Positions 1-10,632 of a DNA stretch of 39,242 nucleotides are shown in pieces. Under the pieces are notes generated by a model. The model did no database searches and was not told the DNA's origin. It saw only the letters and a list, made by a program, of their open reading frames with translations. The stretch covers positions 1 to 39,242 of the forward strand of contig JBBTRU010000036.1 in the NCBI GenBank assembly GCA_038065015.1, written 5' to 3'. Made by a program: the position numbers and the translations under genes. This stretch comes from Patescibacteria group bacterium (GTDB lineage: Bacteria > Patescibacteriota > Patescibacteriia > PEXW01). The first letter of the stretch is position 1, and every line of letters begins with the position of its first letter.

Positions 1-381
1 GTGCGCACTCACCTGCAACGGATGGGTGAGCTTGCCATCGCCAAGTACTTTAACCAAGGTGTCCGTTTTAATTAGCTTGTTGCGGAGCAAGAGCTGGGGC
101 GTCACTTTTGCCTGTGCCGGAAAATGCGCGTCGAGCACCGAGAGATTTACCACGGCGGCGGAATCGTGCAGACTGCCAAAGCCCCGAGACTTTGGGAGCT
201 GCATGAGCATTTGCTTGAGCCCGCGCCGGCGCAGGTTCTTGCGGCCGCCGCTGCGCGCGCGCTGGCCTTTAATACCTTTGCCGCTGAAGGTGCCGTGGCC
301 AGAAGCATTCCCGCGCCCACGACGAGGGTGCGTTTTTCGGCTACCGCGATTGGCTTTGAGCGTGTGGAGCGATGTAGACAT
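1..381 (-). CDS. rplO: 50S ribosomal protein L15 (C-terminal end cut by window edge)
   Basis: Frame open from ATG (cat 379-381) to base 1. My translation MSTSLHTLKANRGSRKTHPRRGRGNASGHGTFSGKGIKGQRARSGG... is the L15 N-terminus. Absent from the ORF track because no stop lies in the window. Confidence 0.9.
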   Translation of the reverse strand, partial: MSTSLHTLKANRGSRKTHPRRGRGNASGHGTFSGKGIKGQRARSGGRKNLRRRGLKQMLMQLPKSRGFGSLHDSAAVVNLSVLDAHFPAQAKVTPQLLLRNKLIKTDTLVKVLGDGKLTHPLQVSAH

Positions 382-387
382 ATGCTT

Positions 388-900
388 TTAGGCCTTGGGC
401 TTTGCCGCCGCCCGGCTCTGGAGTTTGCCGAGCGCGAGAATGACGGCGTGCACGTTATTAATCTTATTCTTGGAGCCCAACATTTTGCTCACGACATCAC
501 GGATACCGGCCAAGCTCAACACCGTCCGTGCTGCACCACCGGCGATGACCCCCGACCCAGGCGGCGCTGGTTTTAGGAGTACGCGAGCCGCGCCGAACTT
601 CAGGGTAATTGCGTGCGGGATAGTCCCTTTACTCAGCGCAACCGTAATGAGGTGCTTCTTCGCCGCGCTCACCGCTTTCTCAACCGAGCCTTGCACGTCT
701 GCACCTTTGCCCAAACCCATGCCCACACGGCCTTTGCGGTCACCAATGACTACGCACGCACGAAAACGCATGCGCTTTCCGCCGGCAACGACGCGCGTCA
801 CGCGAGCGAGGTCAATAGTCTTCTGGTCAAATTCGGATTTCTCGCGTTCGCGGTGTGGGCGGCGGCCGGAGAAACCTTGGCGATTACCTGGTGGGGGCAT
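388..900 (-). CDS. rpsE: 30S ribosomal protein S5
   Basis: 170 aa with VTRVVAGGKRMRFRACVVIGDRKGRVGMGLGKG, the S5 signature. Conserved spc-operon position. Confidence 0.97.
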   Translation of the reverse strand: MPPPGNRQGFSGRRPHREREKSEFDQKTIDLARVTRVVAGGKRMRFRACVVIGDRKGRVGMGLGKGADVQGSVEKAVSAAKKHLITVALSKGTIPHAITLKFGAARVLLKPAPPGSGVIAGGAARTVLSLAGIRDVVSKMLGSKNKINNVHAVILALGKLQSRAAAKPKA

Positions 901-914
901 ATGGGCTGAATGGG

Positions 915-1286
915 CTAGAAAATGAGACCGCCGGCGCGCGCCGCATCAGCGAGCGCGCGGACGCGACCGTGGTAGCGGTAGCCGCCAACGTCAAAGACAA
1001 CTGCGGTAATTTTTTTTGCAACCGCGCGTTCCGCAATGAGCTTGCCAACGGCGGCCGCCACGGCGACTTTCCGCGTTTGCTCGCTCCCGCCTTTCGGCTG
1101 GGTTGGCAGCTGCTGGTCCGTAGCCGCAACCAAAGTTTTGCCGATGTGATCATCAATAATCTGGGCGCGCATGTGCTTGGCGCTGCGAAAAATTGCGAGC
1201 CGCGGGCGTGCAGCCGTGCCGTGCACCTTGCTGCGAATGCGGCGGTGGCGGTGCTGGCGACGAGTTGTGCGTGAGCGTGTAGGCAT
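915..1286 (-). CDS. rplR: 50S ribosomal protein L18
   Basis: 123 aa with [20 protein letters not shown]...[17 protein letters not shown]. Operon order supports the call. Confidence 0.96.
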   Translation of the reverse strand: MPTRSRTTRRQHRHRRIRSKVHGTAARPRLAIFRSAKHMRAQIIDDHIGKTLVAATDQQLPTQPKGGSEQTRKVAVAAAVGKLIAERAVAKKITAVVFDVGGYRYHGRVRALADAARAGGLIF

Positions 1287-1290
1287 ACGT

Positions 1291-1842
1291 TTACTTAGCG
1301 CCGGCGGCCTTCATGACCTTGCCAGCCTTGCGACGAATAACTTCACCAGCATATTTAATCCCCTTACCCTTGTACGGTTCTGGGGGTTTGAGGCGACGGA
1401 TCTTTGCCGCGGTTTCACCCACCACCTGCTTGTCCACGCCCGTCACTACAATAACATTTTTCTCCACCGCCAAGGTAATGCCCGGCGGCGCAACGAAATG
1501 AATGGGGTGGGAAAAGCCCAAGTTGAGGAGCAAGCCCGCGCTCTCCACTGCGGCTTTGAAACCTACCCCGGTAATTTCCAGGCGCTTGGTAAAACCCTTG
1601 CTCACGCCTTCCACGGCATTGGCGACGAGCTGGCGGCCAAGCCCCCACAGGGCGCGATCGTTCCGATTATCGGGTGATGGCACGCTCACCGTAACCGCAC
1701 TCCCTTCCGTGGCCACGTTCATGCGGTGGTGCAGCCGAAGCGTGATGGTGCCTTTCGGGCCTTGCACGGTTACATCCGGCGCTTTCACCGTAACGGTGAC
1801 ACCAGTGGGTAGGGTAATAGGTTGTTTGCCGATGCGTGACAT
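1291..1842 (-). CDS. rplF: 50S ribosomal protein L6
   Basis: 183 aa starting [17 protein letters not shown]. Operon order supports the call. Confidence 0.97.
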   Translation of the reverse strand: MSRIGKQPITLPTGVTVTVKAPDVTVQGPKGTITLRLHHRMNVATEGSAVTVSVPSPDNRNDRALWGLGRQLVANAVEGVSKGFTKRLEITGVGFKAAVESAGLLLNLGFSHPIHFVAPPGITLAVEKNVIVVTGVDKQVVGETAAKIRRLKPPEPYKGKGIKYAGEVIRRKAGKVMKAAGAK

Positions 1843-1845
1843 AGG

Positions 1846-2229
1846 TTAGGCAATAGTGCAGATGAGCTCGCCGCCGACGTGGGCTTTTCGGGCTTCCCGG
1901 TCGGTGAGCATGCCGTGGGGCGTAGAGATGATTGCCATGCCAATCCCATTCTTCACGCGCGGAATAGCACCCACCGAAACGTACAGCCGACGGCCGAGTT
2001 TCGATTGCCGGGTAATTTCCTGAATAAACGCGGTGCCATCTGGGTTAAACTTCAAGGTAACGGTAAACGTCCGCTTATCCGGTGCCGGAATAGCCGACGC
2101 CAGGTAGTGCTCGCGCACCAGCAGGCTGGCAATCGCAAAGCGTTGCTTGGAGTACGGGATGGTGACGGTCCGAAGGCGAGCGAGGCCCGCGTTTCGGATC
2201 CGAGTGAGCATGTCAGCGATAGAGTCCAT
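1846..2229 (-). CDS. rpsH: 30S ribosomal protein S8
   Basis: The track ORF runs to 2355 but overlaps rpsN. The conserved S8 N-terminus MDSIADMLTRIRNA begins at the internal ATG at 2229. Confidence 0.93.
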   Translation of the reverse strand: MDSIADMLTRIRNAGLARLRTVTIPYSKQRFAIASLLVREHYLASAIPAPDKRTFTVTLKFNPDGTAFIQEITRQSKLGRRLYVSVGAIPRVKNGIGMAIISTPHGMLTDREARKAHVGGELICTIA

Positions 2230-2248
2230 AGGTGTGAGTTGTGGTTGC

Positions 2249-2434
2249 TTACCAGCTGGCTTTGCGAAGACCAGGAATTTCCCCTTTGTTTGCCAGTTCC
2301 CGCACGCAGATGCGACACATATCAAACTTGCGCATGTACGCTCGCGGTCGGCCACAGCGCCAGCAGCGTCGCACCGTTCGGGTGGAAAACTTTGGCTTGC
2401 GCTTGGCTTTGGCGATCATCGAGGACTTGGCCAT
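2249..2434 (-). CDS. rpsN: 30S ribosomal protein S14 type Z (zinc form)
   Basis: 61 aa with CWRC...CRIC four-Cys motif and ending KASW. Confidence 0.95.
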   Translation of the reverse strand: MAKSSMIAKAKRKPKFSTRTVRRCWRCGRPRAYMRKFDMCRICVRELANKGEIPGLRKASW

Positions 2435-2439
2435 AGGGG

Positions 2440-3063
2440 TTAGATTTTCTTCTTCTTGAGCGAATCTTGCTTGCTCGGCTTTTTTGCTGCCACTTCATCC
2501 GTATCGTTTGCGGCGCGGAAGGGGAAGCCGAGTGCTTTCAGGAGGGCATGGCCCGCAACTGCATCTTTGGCCGTAGTGGCCATAACCACTTCCAAGCCGT
2601 GAATTTTTTCCACTTCGTCAGAACGAATTTCCGGAAAGGCCAGGTGCTCTTTAAAACCGAGGGTGTAGTTCCCTTGCCGGTCAAAAGCATTCGCGGGTAT
2701 ACCGCGGAAATCTCGGACGCGCGGAAGGGCAACGTTAATGAGCTTATCGAGAAACTCATACATGCGCGTGCCGCGAAGGGTTACCTTGGCACCAATGACC
2801 ATACCCTGTCGAATCTTAAATGCCGAAATGGATTTTTTAGATTTGGTGAGCACGGGTTTCTGGCCGGTAATGCGGGTAAGCGTGGAGACCACGGCTTCCT
2901 GCAACTTCGGGTCTTTGCTCGTATCGCCAAAACCGACGTTGAGGACGATTTTGGACATGGCTGGCACCGCGTGCGGATTTTGCACGTGCAGTGCAGCTTC
3001 CAATGCCGGCACAACCTTGGTGCGGTAGAGCTGCAGCAGACGTGGGACGTTGCGTTGGGTCAT
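2440..3063 (-). CDS. rplE: 50S ribosomal protein L5
   Basis: The track ORF (to 3114) overlaps rplX. The ATG at 3063 gives [17 protein letters not shown]. Lys-rich C-terminal tail. Confidence 0.93.
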   Translation of the reverse strand: MTQRNVPRLLQLYRTKVVPALEAALHVQNPHAVPAMSKIVLNVGFGDTSKDPKLQEAVVSTLTRITGQKPVLTKSKKSISAFKIRQGMVIGAKVTLRGTRMYEFLDKLINVALPRVRDFRGIPANAFDRQGNYTLGFKEHLAFPEIRSDEVEKIHGLEVVMATTAKDAVAGHALLKALGFPFRAANDTDEVAAKKPSKQDSLKKKKI

Positions 3064-3067
3064 AGGG

Positions 3068-3376
3068 TTAGAATGCAGTTTTGCACTTCGTGCAGACGCG
3101 CTGTTTCTTGCCATCCGTCGTCACGTGGACGCTGGCCCGGCGGGGTTTGCCGCACTTGCCGCACACGAGCATGACATTGGAAGCGTGGACCGGGGCGAAG
3201 AAAGAAATTTTCTGGCCTTTCTCGTTACCGCGCCGACTGCGAATGTGGCGGGTGCGCTCGTTGACACCTTCGATAACGACGAGATTGGTACGCGGGAAGA
3301 CCTGGAGAATTTTCCCCTTCTTGCCGCGGCTGCGGCCGTCCGTTACGTACACGTTGTCGCCAGTCTTCAGGATCAT
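3068..3376 (-). CDS. rplX: 50S ribosomal protein L24 with C-terminal four-Cys motif
   Basis: 102 aa. KOW region GDNVYVTDGRSRGKKGKI, and a C-terminus with CGKC-x21-CTKC. Confidence 0.93.
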   Translation of the reverse strand: MILKTGDNVYVTDGRSRGKKGKILQVFPRTNLVVIEGVNERTRHIRSRRGNEKGQKISFFAPVHASNVMLVCGKCGKPRRASVHVTTDGKKQRVCTKCKTAF

Positions 3377-3381
3377 ATCGG

Positions 3382-3753
3382 TTAGAGAACTTCGGGAGCG
3401 AGTGAAATGAGCTTGCTGTAGCCACGCGCTTTGAGCTCGCGGGCTACCGGGCCAAAAATACGGGTGCCTTTCGGGTCTTTAGATTTCAGGTCCACAATCA
3501 CGGCGGCATTGTCGTCGAAGCGAATGTAGGTGCCGTCGGCGCGGCGCGTTTCTTTGCGGGATCGAATGATAACGGCGTGGTGCATTTCGCTCTTCTTCAC
3601 CGACGCGTGCGGAATCGCGGCTTTCACCACAACCTTCACAATGTCGCCGATGCGAGCGTAGTGCTTCTTGTAGCCGCCCAGCACGGTAATGACCTCGAGG
3701 TCGCGAGCCCCGGTATTATCTGCTGCCACAAGTCTGGAACGAAGTTGCACCAT
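3382..3753 (-). CDS. rplN: 50S ribosomal protein L14
   Basis: 123 aa with AADNTGARDLEVI...IRFDDNAAV. Confidence 0.97.
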   Translation of the reverse strand: MVQLRSRLVAADNTGARDLEVITVLGGYKKHYARIGDIVKVVVKAAIPHASVKKSEMHHAVIIRSRKETRRADGTYIRFDDNAAVIVDLKSKDPKGTRIFGPVARELKARGYSKLISLAPEVL

Positions 3754-3756
3754 ATA

Positions 3757-4029
3757 TTACTTTGCGTCGGGAATAATGCGCCAGCGCTTGTGGCGGGAAA
3801 TTGGCCGGCATTCAACAAAGCGCACTTGCTGGCCCACGGTAAACGTACCCGTTGGCGCGTGCACCTGATACTTTTCGCTGGAACGGTACCGCTTGCCGTA
3901 ACGCGGGTGTACGAGCACGCGGTCCACGCGCACCACGACCGTCTTCGTCATCTTGTTCGAGACGATAGTGCCGGTGAATTCGCGGGGCTTTGTTTCAGCG
4001 GTGGTGGTTGGTTGCGTAGTCATAGTCAT
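3757..4029 (-). CDS. rpsQ: 30S ribosomal protein S17
   Basis: 90 aa with FTGTIVSNKMTKTVVVRVDR. Confidence 0.95.
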   Translation of the reverse strand: MTMTTQPTTTAETKPREFTGTIVSNKMTKTVVVRVDRVLVHPRYGKRYRSSEKYQVHAPTGTFTVGQQVRFVECRPISRHKRWRIIPDAK

Positions 4030-4259
4030 TAGGTCTTGGGCGTACGAGTAGCGGGTGGAAGGGCTTGCCCGCCGGAGCGTGGCGTATGCAGGAGGGTAAG
4101 AATGCGAGCAATGGCAGTGCGTACTTCGCGAATTTCCCGAACATCCTTGTGCGCATCCTGCGCCACGCGGAAGCGAAGGTCACGCAAACGCTCACGAGCC
4201 TCCGCCAAAATGGTGCGGAGTTCTGCTTCGGTCTTCTGTTGGAGTTCTTTGAGCGTCAT
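4029..4259 (-). CDS. rpmC: 50S ribosomal protein L29
   Basis: 76 aa starting MTLKELQQKTEAELRTIL. Its stop overlaps the rpsQ ATG (TAATG). Confidence 0.93.
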   Translation of the reverse strand: MTLKELQQKTEAELRTILAEARERLRDLRFRVAQDAHKDVREIREVRTAIARILTLLHTPRSGGQALPPATRTPKT

Positions 4260-4265
4260 AGGAGC

Positions 4266-4682
4266 TTACACGGTGTCCGCTTTGGTGACAAACCTGGTCT
4301 TGACGGAGAGTTTGTAGGCGGCTAATTGCATGGCTTGGCGGGCAACTACTTCGGTCACGCCGTCGAGTTCAAACATGACGGTGCCAGGCTTCACGACGGC
4401 AACGTAATGGTCCACGGCGCCTTTGCCACCACCCATGCGAATTTCAGAGCCTTTAACGGTAATAGGCTTATCCGGGAAAACACGAATCCAGACTTTGCCG
4501 CCGCGGGCAAGTAAGCGGGTAATTGCCCGACGAGCCGCTTCAATTTGCCGGCCGCTCACCCAGTCGCCTTCAATGGCTTTTAGGCCATACGCGCCGAAGC
4601 TCACGCGGGTTTTCTGCGTGGCATTCCCGCGGATGCTGCCGCGGTGATGCTTTCGGTGTTTGACCTTCTTCGGGGTAAGCAT
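4266..4682 (-). CDS. rplP: 50S ribosomal protein L16
   Basis: 138 aa starting [15 protein letters not shown]. Confidence 0.97.
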   Translation of the reverse strand: MLTPKKVKHRKHHRGSIRGNATQKTRVSFGAYGLKAIEGDWVSGRQIEAARRAITRLLARGGKVWIRVFPDKPITVKGSEIRMGGGKGAVDHYVAVVKPGTVMFELDGVTEVVARQAMQLAAYKLSVKTRFVTKADTV

Positions 4683-4688
4683 AGGGGG

Positions 4689-5348
4689 TTAGTTCGCTTT
4701 GGCTTCAACAGCTTTCTTTTCGAAAATATCGCCGCGGTAGATCCACACCTTCACGCCAATGGCGCCGTAGGTGGTAAACGCTGCGCCGCGACCAAAGTCA
4801 ACATCGGCGCGCAGGGTTTGCAACGGGAGCTTGCCCCAAGTGAGCGATTCGGTACGGGCAATTTCCGCACCGTTCAAGCGGCCGGCAACCATCACGCGGA
4901 CGCCCTGGCCGCCGCCTTTCTTCACCTGTTCAACCGATTGCTTGAGAATGCGGCGGAAAGGCAAGCGCTTCTCCAGTTGCTCGATCATGTTCTGGGCAAC
5001 GAGTTGCGCCACAATTGCCGGGTTTGCGACTTCTTGAATGTTCACTTTAAACTTCGTCTTCGGCGGAAGCAATTTTGCCAGCTGCACTTTCAAATCCTCT
5101 ACGCCAGCCCCGCCGCGACCAATGACGATACCGGGCTTGGCCGTAATAATGGTAATGGTGACAATGTTTCCAGAGCGCTCAATTTCCGTACGGGCAATGC
5201 CCGCCGCGCGTAACTTTGTTCGAATAAAACGCTTCAGGGTTACATCCTGCTGAAGCAAGGTGCGGAAATCACGCTTGGCATACCACTTGGAAGACCATTC
5301 CGTGGTAATACCGAGACGCAGCGACGTTGGGTGAACTTTATTGCCCAT
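4689..5348 (-). CDS. rpsC: 30S ribosomal protein S3
   Basis: 219 aa starting MGNKVHPTSLRLGITTEW. Confidence 0.97.
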   Translation of the reverse strand: MGNKVHPTSLRLGITTEWSSKWYAKRDFRTLLQQDVTLKRFIRTKLRAAGIARTEIERSGNIVTITIITAKPGIVIGRGGAGVEDLKVQLAKLLPPKTKFKVNIQEVANPAIVAQLVAQNMIEQLEKRLPFRRILKQSVEQVKKGGGQGVRVMVAGRLNGAEIARTESLTWGKLPLQTLRADVDFGRGAAFTTYGAIGVKVWIYRGDIFEKKAVEAKAN

Positions 5349-5351
5349 AGG

Positions 5352-5804
5352 TTAAGACTGGGAGGAGGGTGAGGGTGCGGAGGCTGGAGTGGCGGGAACA
5401 TGCTCAACGTCAGTTTTTGCCTTGGGCTTTTCTGTCTTCGCCTGAGCTTTAACTTTCTTCACTTTAGCGGCGGGCGCATCCTTGACCGTAATGGTAATAT
5501 GCGAGGCATGTTTGAGAATAGGATTTGCCCGGCCCATGGCTTTGGGCGTGAAACGCTTGAGCCGCTGCGCCATGTCTACCGTTATGGCGCTAATAATGAG
5601 CTGCTCGGGGCTAAGGTCGTGGTGCTGCTTGGCATTCGCAATTGCTGAACGGAGCAGAATGCGAATTTGCGCGCTACTCCCCTTGGGCAAATGGGTGAGG
5701 ATATCCAAGGCTTGCGGTACGCGCTTGCCACGCAGCAGCCCGGCAATGAGCCGGATCTTACGGGGAGAAACGCGATAGTTGCGGAGGGTTGCAGAGGCGT
5801 GCAT
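5352..5804 (-). CDS. rplV: 50S ribosomal protein L22 (Lys/Ala/Pro-rich C-tail)
   Basis: 150 aa with YRVSPRKIRLIAGLLRGK. Confidence 0.95.
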   Translation of the reverse strand: MHASATLRNYRVSPRKIRLIAGLLRGKRVPQALDILTHLPKGSSAQIRILLRSAIANAKQHHDLSPEQLIISAITVDMAQRLKRFTPKAMGRANPILKHASHITITVKDAPAAKVKKVKAQAKTEKPKAKTDVEHVPATPASAPSPSSQS

Positions 5805-5810
5805 AGGAAT

Positions 5811-6143
5811 TTACTTCTTGGCCGCGGGTTCAACAGCTTTGGGCGTTGCCGCAGCGGCAGCAGCGGCCATTTCCGCATCTTTCTGCATTTTGCCACCATG
5901 ACGGACGAACTTACGCGTGGGTGAAAATTCTCCCAAGCGATGACCAACCATGTTTTCACTGACGGTGACACTAATGTGATTCTTGCCATTGTGCACGCCA
6001 AAGGTGAAGCCGACCATTTCCGGGGTAATAACGGAGGCGCGTGACCAGGTTTTAATGACGGTTTTATCGCCCACGCGAAGCTTGGAAAGCTTTTTGAGAA
6101 GCTTCGGATGGGTGAACGGACCTTTGGAGAGGGATCGTGACAT
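5811..6143 (-). CDS. rpsS: 30S ribosomal protein S19 (Ala-rich C-tail)
   Basis: 110 aa starting [16 protein letters not shown], with GVHNGK. Confidence 0.96.
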   Translation of the reverse strand: MSRSLSKGPFTHPKLLKKLSKLRVGDKTVIKTWSRASVITPEMVGFTFGVHNGKNHISVTVSENMVGHRLGEFSPTRKFVRHGGKMQKDAEMAAAAAAATPKAVEPAAKK

Positions 6144-6147
6144 AGGT

Positions 6148-6987
6148 TTACTTCTTGGGGCGACGCTGCAAAATTGCGGAGTCGGAGAACTTGCCTTTCT
6201 TCCGAGTCTTCACGCCTAAGGCATTCTTACCCCACGGCGTTTTCGGGTGCTTCATACCAATAGGCTGGTTGCCTTCGCCACCACCGTGCGGGTGATCAAC
6301 TGGGTTCATTACCTTACCACGGACGGTCGGGCGAAAACCCTTGTGCCGGGTACGGCCAGCTTTGCCCAAACGCACATTCCCATGGTCAATGTTGGAGAGC
6401 TGCCCCAGCGAGGCACGGGCATCGGCGGGGATGACGCGAATTTCACCGGAAGGCATTTTTACCTGCGCCACATTCCCTTCAACGGCCATAATCACTGCGG
6501 CAGAGCCTGCCGAACGAACCGAGACGCCACCGCGGCCGGGACGAAATTCCAGGTTATGAATGGCCATGCCCACGGGAATATCTTTCAGCGGCATGCGGTT
6601 GCCATCGGTTACTTCGACGCGCTTGGTTGCACTCACAATGTGCGCGCCTGGCTTGAGGCCCGAGGGGGCCAAAATGTAGCGCTTCTCCCCATCGGCATAC
6701 TGGAGCAAGGCAATGTAGGCGGTGCGGTTTGGATCGTACTCGATACCCACTACCGTGCCCGGCACGTCGAATTTCGACTGCGCGAAGTCAACGTTGCGGA
6801 TCATACGCTTGGCACCACCGCCGCGATGCCGCACGGTAATCTTGCCCTGGTTGTTGCGGCCGGCGTTGCGCGGACGCACCGTGAGCAGGCTCTTCTCGGG
6901 AGTATCCTTGGTTACCTCGCTCTTCCAGCCGCGCACCCCCGCGTGTCGGCGGGCTGGCGTTGTTGGTTTGTAGAGGGTGAGTGCCAT
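6148..6987 (-). CDS. rplB: 50S ribosomal protein L2
   Basis: 279 aa with [13 protein letters not shown]. Confidence 0.98.
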   Translation of the reverse strand: MALTLYKPTTPARRHAGVRGWKSEVTKDTPEKSLLTVRPRNAGRNNQGKITVRHRGGGAKRMIRNVDFAQSKFDVPGTVVGIEYDPNRTAYIALLQYADGEKRYILAPSGLKPGAHIVSATKRVEVTDGNRMPLKDIPVGMAIHNLEFRPGRGGVSVRSAGSAAVIMAVEGNVAQVKMPSGEIRVIPADARASLGQLSNIDHGNVRLGKAGRTRHKGFRPTVRGKVMNPVDHPHGGGEGNQPIGMKHPKTPWGKNALGVKTRKKGKFSDSAILQRRPKK

Positions 6988-6989
6988 AC

Positions 6990-7430
6990 TTAAGAAATAT
7001 CAATAGTCTTCCCCGCCGGCAGCGTTACCATGGCTTTTTTCCAAGCCTTCTGCTTGCCTTGCGTGCGGCCGAAGCGGACAACCTTGCCGAGGACAGTGCG
7101 GGTAGTGACGTGCGTTGGCCGAACGCCGTACACGGCAAAGACTGCATCTCGGACTTCGATTTTGCTCACGGTTGGCGCAACCGCAAATACGTACTGGCCG
7201 GCAGTTTGCAGGCGTGTAGACTTCTCAGTAAGAATCGGCCGCAGGAGCACGCGGTGGGCGTGGCGGGTATCGGACTTGAGCACGCGCGGCTTGTCCGCCT
7301 TTGGTTTCTCCTTCGGTTCTGCTGGCTTCTCGGCCTTGGCATTTTCTGCTTTGGTCGCAACCGTATGCACCGGCTTTTTGGCCGTTGCAGTGGTGTCGTA
7401 CTTCTTGCGGAGTTTATCGAAAAGTCCCAT
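6990..7430 (-). CDS. rplW: 50S ribosomal protein L23 with ~50-aa basic N-extension
   Basis: 146 aa. L23 core RPILTEKS...VTLPAGKTID follows a Lys/Pro/Ala-rich segment. Confidence 0.92.
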   Translation of the reverse strand: MGLFDKLRKKYDTTATAKKPVHTVATKAENAKAEKPAEPKEKPKADKPRVLKSDTRHAHRVLLRPILTEKSTRLQTAGQYVFAVAPTVSKIEVRDAVFAVYGVRPTHVTTRTVLGKVVRFGRTQGKQKAWKKAMVTLPAGKTIDIS

Positions 7431-7435
7431 AGGAA

Positions 7436-8092
7436 TTACTTCTGCTTTTTCGCTGGAGAAAAGTAGGTCTTGGCAATGACCGCCAAACTGGCGACGGGTA
7501 ACACCAAGCGGTGGCTGCGCAGGACGTCGTACGCATTCAAGCTATCGGCGCGCAGCACGGTGACGCGCTGCAGGTTCCGCGTGGCGCGCACGATCATGCT
7601 GTCGTGCGTGGCGGGGATAAGCAGGGGCGTGCGGTCGGCATTGGTATTTTTCAAAAGCGCAACAACCGGCTTGGTCTTGCCATCGGTTGGGAGCGATTCG
7701 ACCAAACGAATTTGCTTGGCTTCGGCTTTTACCGAAAGCGCCATGGCCAGTGCCTTGCGGCGAACTTGTACATTCAATTTTCCAGTCCAGTTGCGGCCAG
7801 TGCGAGGACCAAAAATAACGCCGCCGCCGCGCCACTGCGGGCTGCGAATGGAGCCTTGGCGCGCCTGGCCAGTCCCCTTCTGCTTCCAGGGTTTGCGTCC
7901 ACCGCCGCGCACTTCGGCCTTGGTTTTGGTGTGGGCCAAACCCAAACGCTTATTGGCTTGCTGCTGGACAGTAACCAAGTGCAGCAAACCGGCATCTGGC
8001 TTCTGGCCAAAAATGCGGCTGTCCAACGTCACTTCTGACGTTTGCTTGCCGTCAGCGTTGTAGACCGGAATGGTGAGTGTAGCGTCTGCCAT
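7436..8092 (-). CDS. rplD: 50S ribosomal protein L4
   Basis: 218 aa with RGGGRKPWKQKGTGQARQGSIRSPQWRGGG. Confidence 0.97.
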   Translation of the reverse strand: MADATLTIPVYNADGKQTSEVTLDSRIFGQKPDAGLLHLVTVQQQANKRLGLAHTKTKAEVRGGGRKPWKQKGTGQARQGSIRSPQWRGGGVIFGPRTGRNWTGKLNVQVRRKALAMALSVKAEAKQIRLVESLPTDGKTKPVVALLKNTNADRTPLLIPATHDSMIVRATRNLQRVTVLRADSLNAYDVLRSHRLVLPVASLAVIAKTYFSPAKKQK

Positions 8093-8100
8093 AAAAATAC

Positions 8101-8706
8101 TTAGGCGGATTGCAGGAGGAGGAGCGCACCGCGGCTGCCGGGAACTGCGCCTTTGATAGCAATGAGGTGCTTAGCCGCGTCTACGTCAACAATTTCTAAA
8201 TTTTTCACCGAGATACGTTCGTCGCCCATGTGGCCGGCCATGCGCCTGCCCTTGATAACGTGCTGCGGAAAAGTGGCGCCAATCGAACCCGGCATGCGCA
8301 AGTTATCCTTATGACCGTGGCTCGCCGGTCCGCCGCGGAAACCGTGGCGACGGACGACACCCTGGAAGCCCTTGCCTTTCGACGTGCCCGTCACCTTCAC
8401 TTTGTCACCAGGCTTGAAAGTATCGGTAGGAATCACCGTTCCGCGCTCCAGCCCTTTGGCATCGTCAATGCGGAATTCACGGAGGTGCTGGTTGCCTGCA
8501 AGGTCTTTGGTATGCCCGGCACGGGCTTTGCTGGGGTGCTTGGCCTGGCCAAAACCAAGCTGCACGGCGCTGTAGCCATCGTGGTCTGGCGTTTTCACCT
8601 GGGTGACAACGCACGGGCCCGCTTCCACAAGCGTCACGGGGACAACGTTACCGTTGTCCTTAAAACGCTGAGTCATGCCAATTTTTTTCGCGAGGATGAA
8701 GGGCAT
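8101..8706 (-). CDS. rplC: 50S ribosomal protein L3
   Basis: The track ORF extends to 8811, but the conserved N-terminus MPFILAKKIGMTQRF starts at the ATG at 8706. Confidence 0.93.
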   Translation of the reverse strand: MPFILAKKIGMTQRFKDNGNVVPVTLVEAGPCVVTQVKTPDHDGYSAVQLGFGQAKHPSKARAGHTKDLAGNQHLREFRIDDAKGLERGTVIPTDTFKPGDKVKVTGTSKGKGFQGVVRRHGFRGGPASHGHKDNLRMPGSIGATFPQHVIKGRRMAGHMGDERISVKNLEIVDVDAAKHLIAIKGAVPGSRGALLLLQSA

Positions 8707-8738
8707 ATAAAAAAATAAATCTGGCGTGATTGCCAGAT
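8707..8738 (-). terminator. Terminator-like hairpin plus T-tract abutting the rplC ATG
   Basis: Minus strand reads ATCTGGC-aatcac-GCCAGAT, then TTTATTTTTTAT, then ATG. 7-bp stem at 8719-8725 / 8732-8738. Confidence 0.4.
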
Positions 8739-8920
8739 ACGTGAGCGAGTCCGAAGGACGCACTGTACGTGGCGAATCGTTATCTTGGGGCTTGGCGCTT
8801 ATCCAGTACAACTATTATGAGCCCCAGAACCTACTGCCAAAAACGCGAATTGTACGGCCTGTGTATGCGGTCGGGTTGGGAGTCCAGAAGAAACTGAACA
8901 AACAACCTCACCGCATTGAA

Positions 8921-9277
8921 CTACATTTTAATTTCCACGTCAACCCCGGCAGGCAAGTTGAGATTCATGAGCGCATCCACGGTCTTTGGAGTTGGATCCA
9001 GTAAATCGAGTAAGCGCTTGTGCGTCCGCATTTCGTACTGCTCGCGCGAATTCTTGTGGGCGAAAGATGAACGGATAACGGTGAAGCGATTCTTTTCGGT
9101 TGGTAAAGGTATTGGACCTTTCACCGTTGCCCCGGTGCGCTTGGCCGTCTCAATAATCGTCTGAATAGACTGATCAATAATCTTGTGGTCGTACCCGCGT
9201 ATGCGGATACGGATGCGCTGGTGCGGCTCTTCTTCTGGGCTGGCAACGACGGGTTGTGGAATTTCTTCAGCGGTCAT
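8921..9277 (-). CDS. rpsJ: 30S ribosomal protein S10
   Basis: 118 aa with [17 protein letters not shown], after an acidic ~17-aa N-extension. Confidence 0.96.
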   Translation of the reverse strand: MTAEEIPQPVVASPEEEPHQRIRIRIRGYDHKIIDQSIQTIIETAKRTGATVKGPIPLPTEKNRFTVIRSSFAHKNSREQYEMRTHKRLLDLLDPTPKTVDALMNLNLPAGVDVEIKM

Positions 9278-9348
9278 GAAAGGGGCAAAGGTGCGAGGGG
9301 AACAACCTCGCCCCCTGGTTGGTCAAAGGGGGCGAGGTCTCGATGAAA

Positions 9349-10533
<1,185 letters not shown>

Positions 10534-10600
10534 GGTCGTAAACGTTAAATGATAGAGAAGTTACGAAGGTATGGGAAAACTACATTTCGAGGCAAGAGCG

Positions 10601-10629
10601 AGTATACCAAGGCACCGCCATTACGTCAA
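10601..10629 (-). promoter_or_regulatory. Candidate sigma70-type promoter for tuf
   Basis: Minus strand TTGACG (10624-10629), 17 nt, TATACT (10601-10606). It starts 3 nt after the fusA stop. Confidence 0.45.
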
Positions 10630-10632
10630 ATC

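Noticed and set aside
2230-2355. N-terminal extensions of track ORFs (rpsH, rplE to 3114, rplC to 8811, rpsL to 13927, gatC to 21065, ligA to 23307, PilW-like to 26482, pilin 2 to 32083, pilD to 30599)
   Set aside because: The extensions overlap the upstream gene or lie upstream of a promoter. They do not resemble the conserved family N-termini, which begin at internal ATGs.
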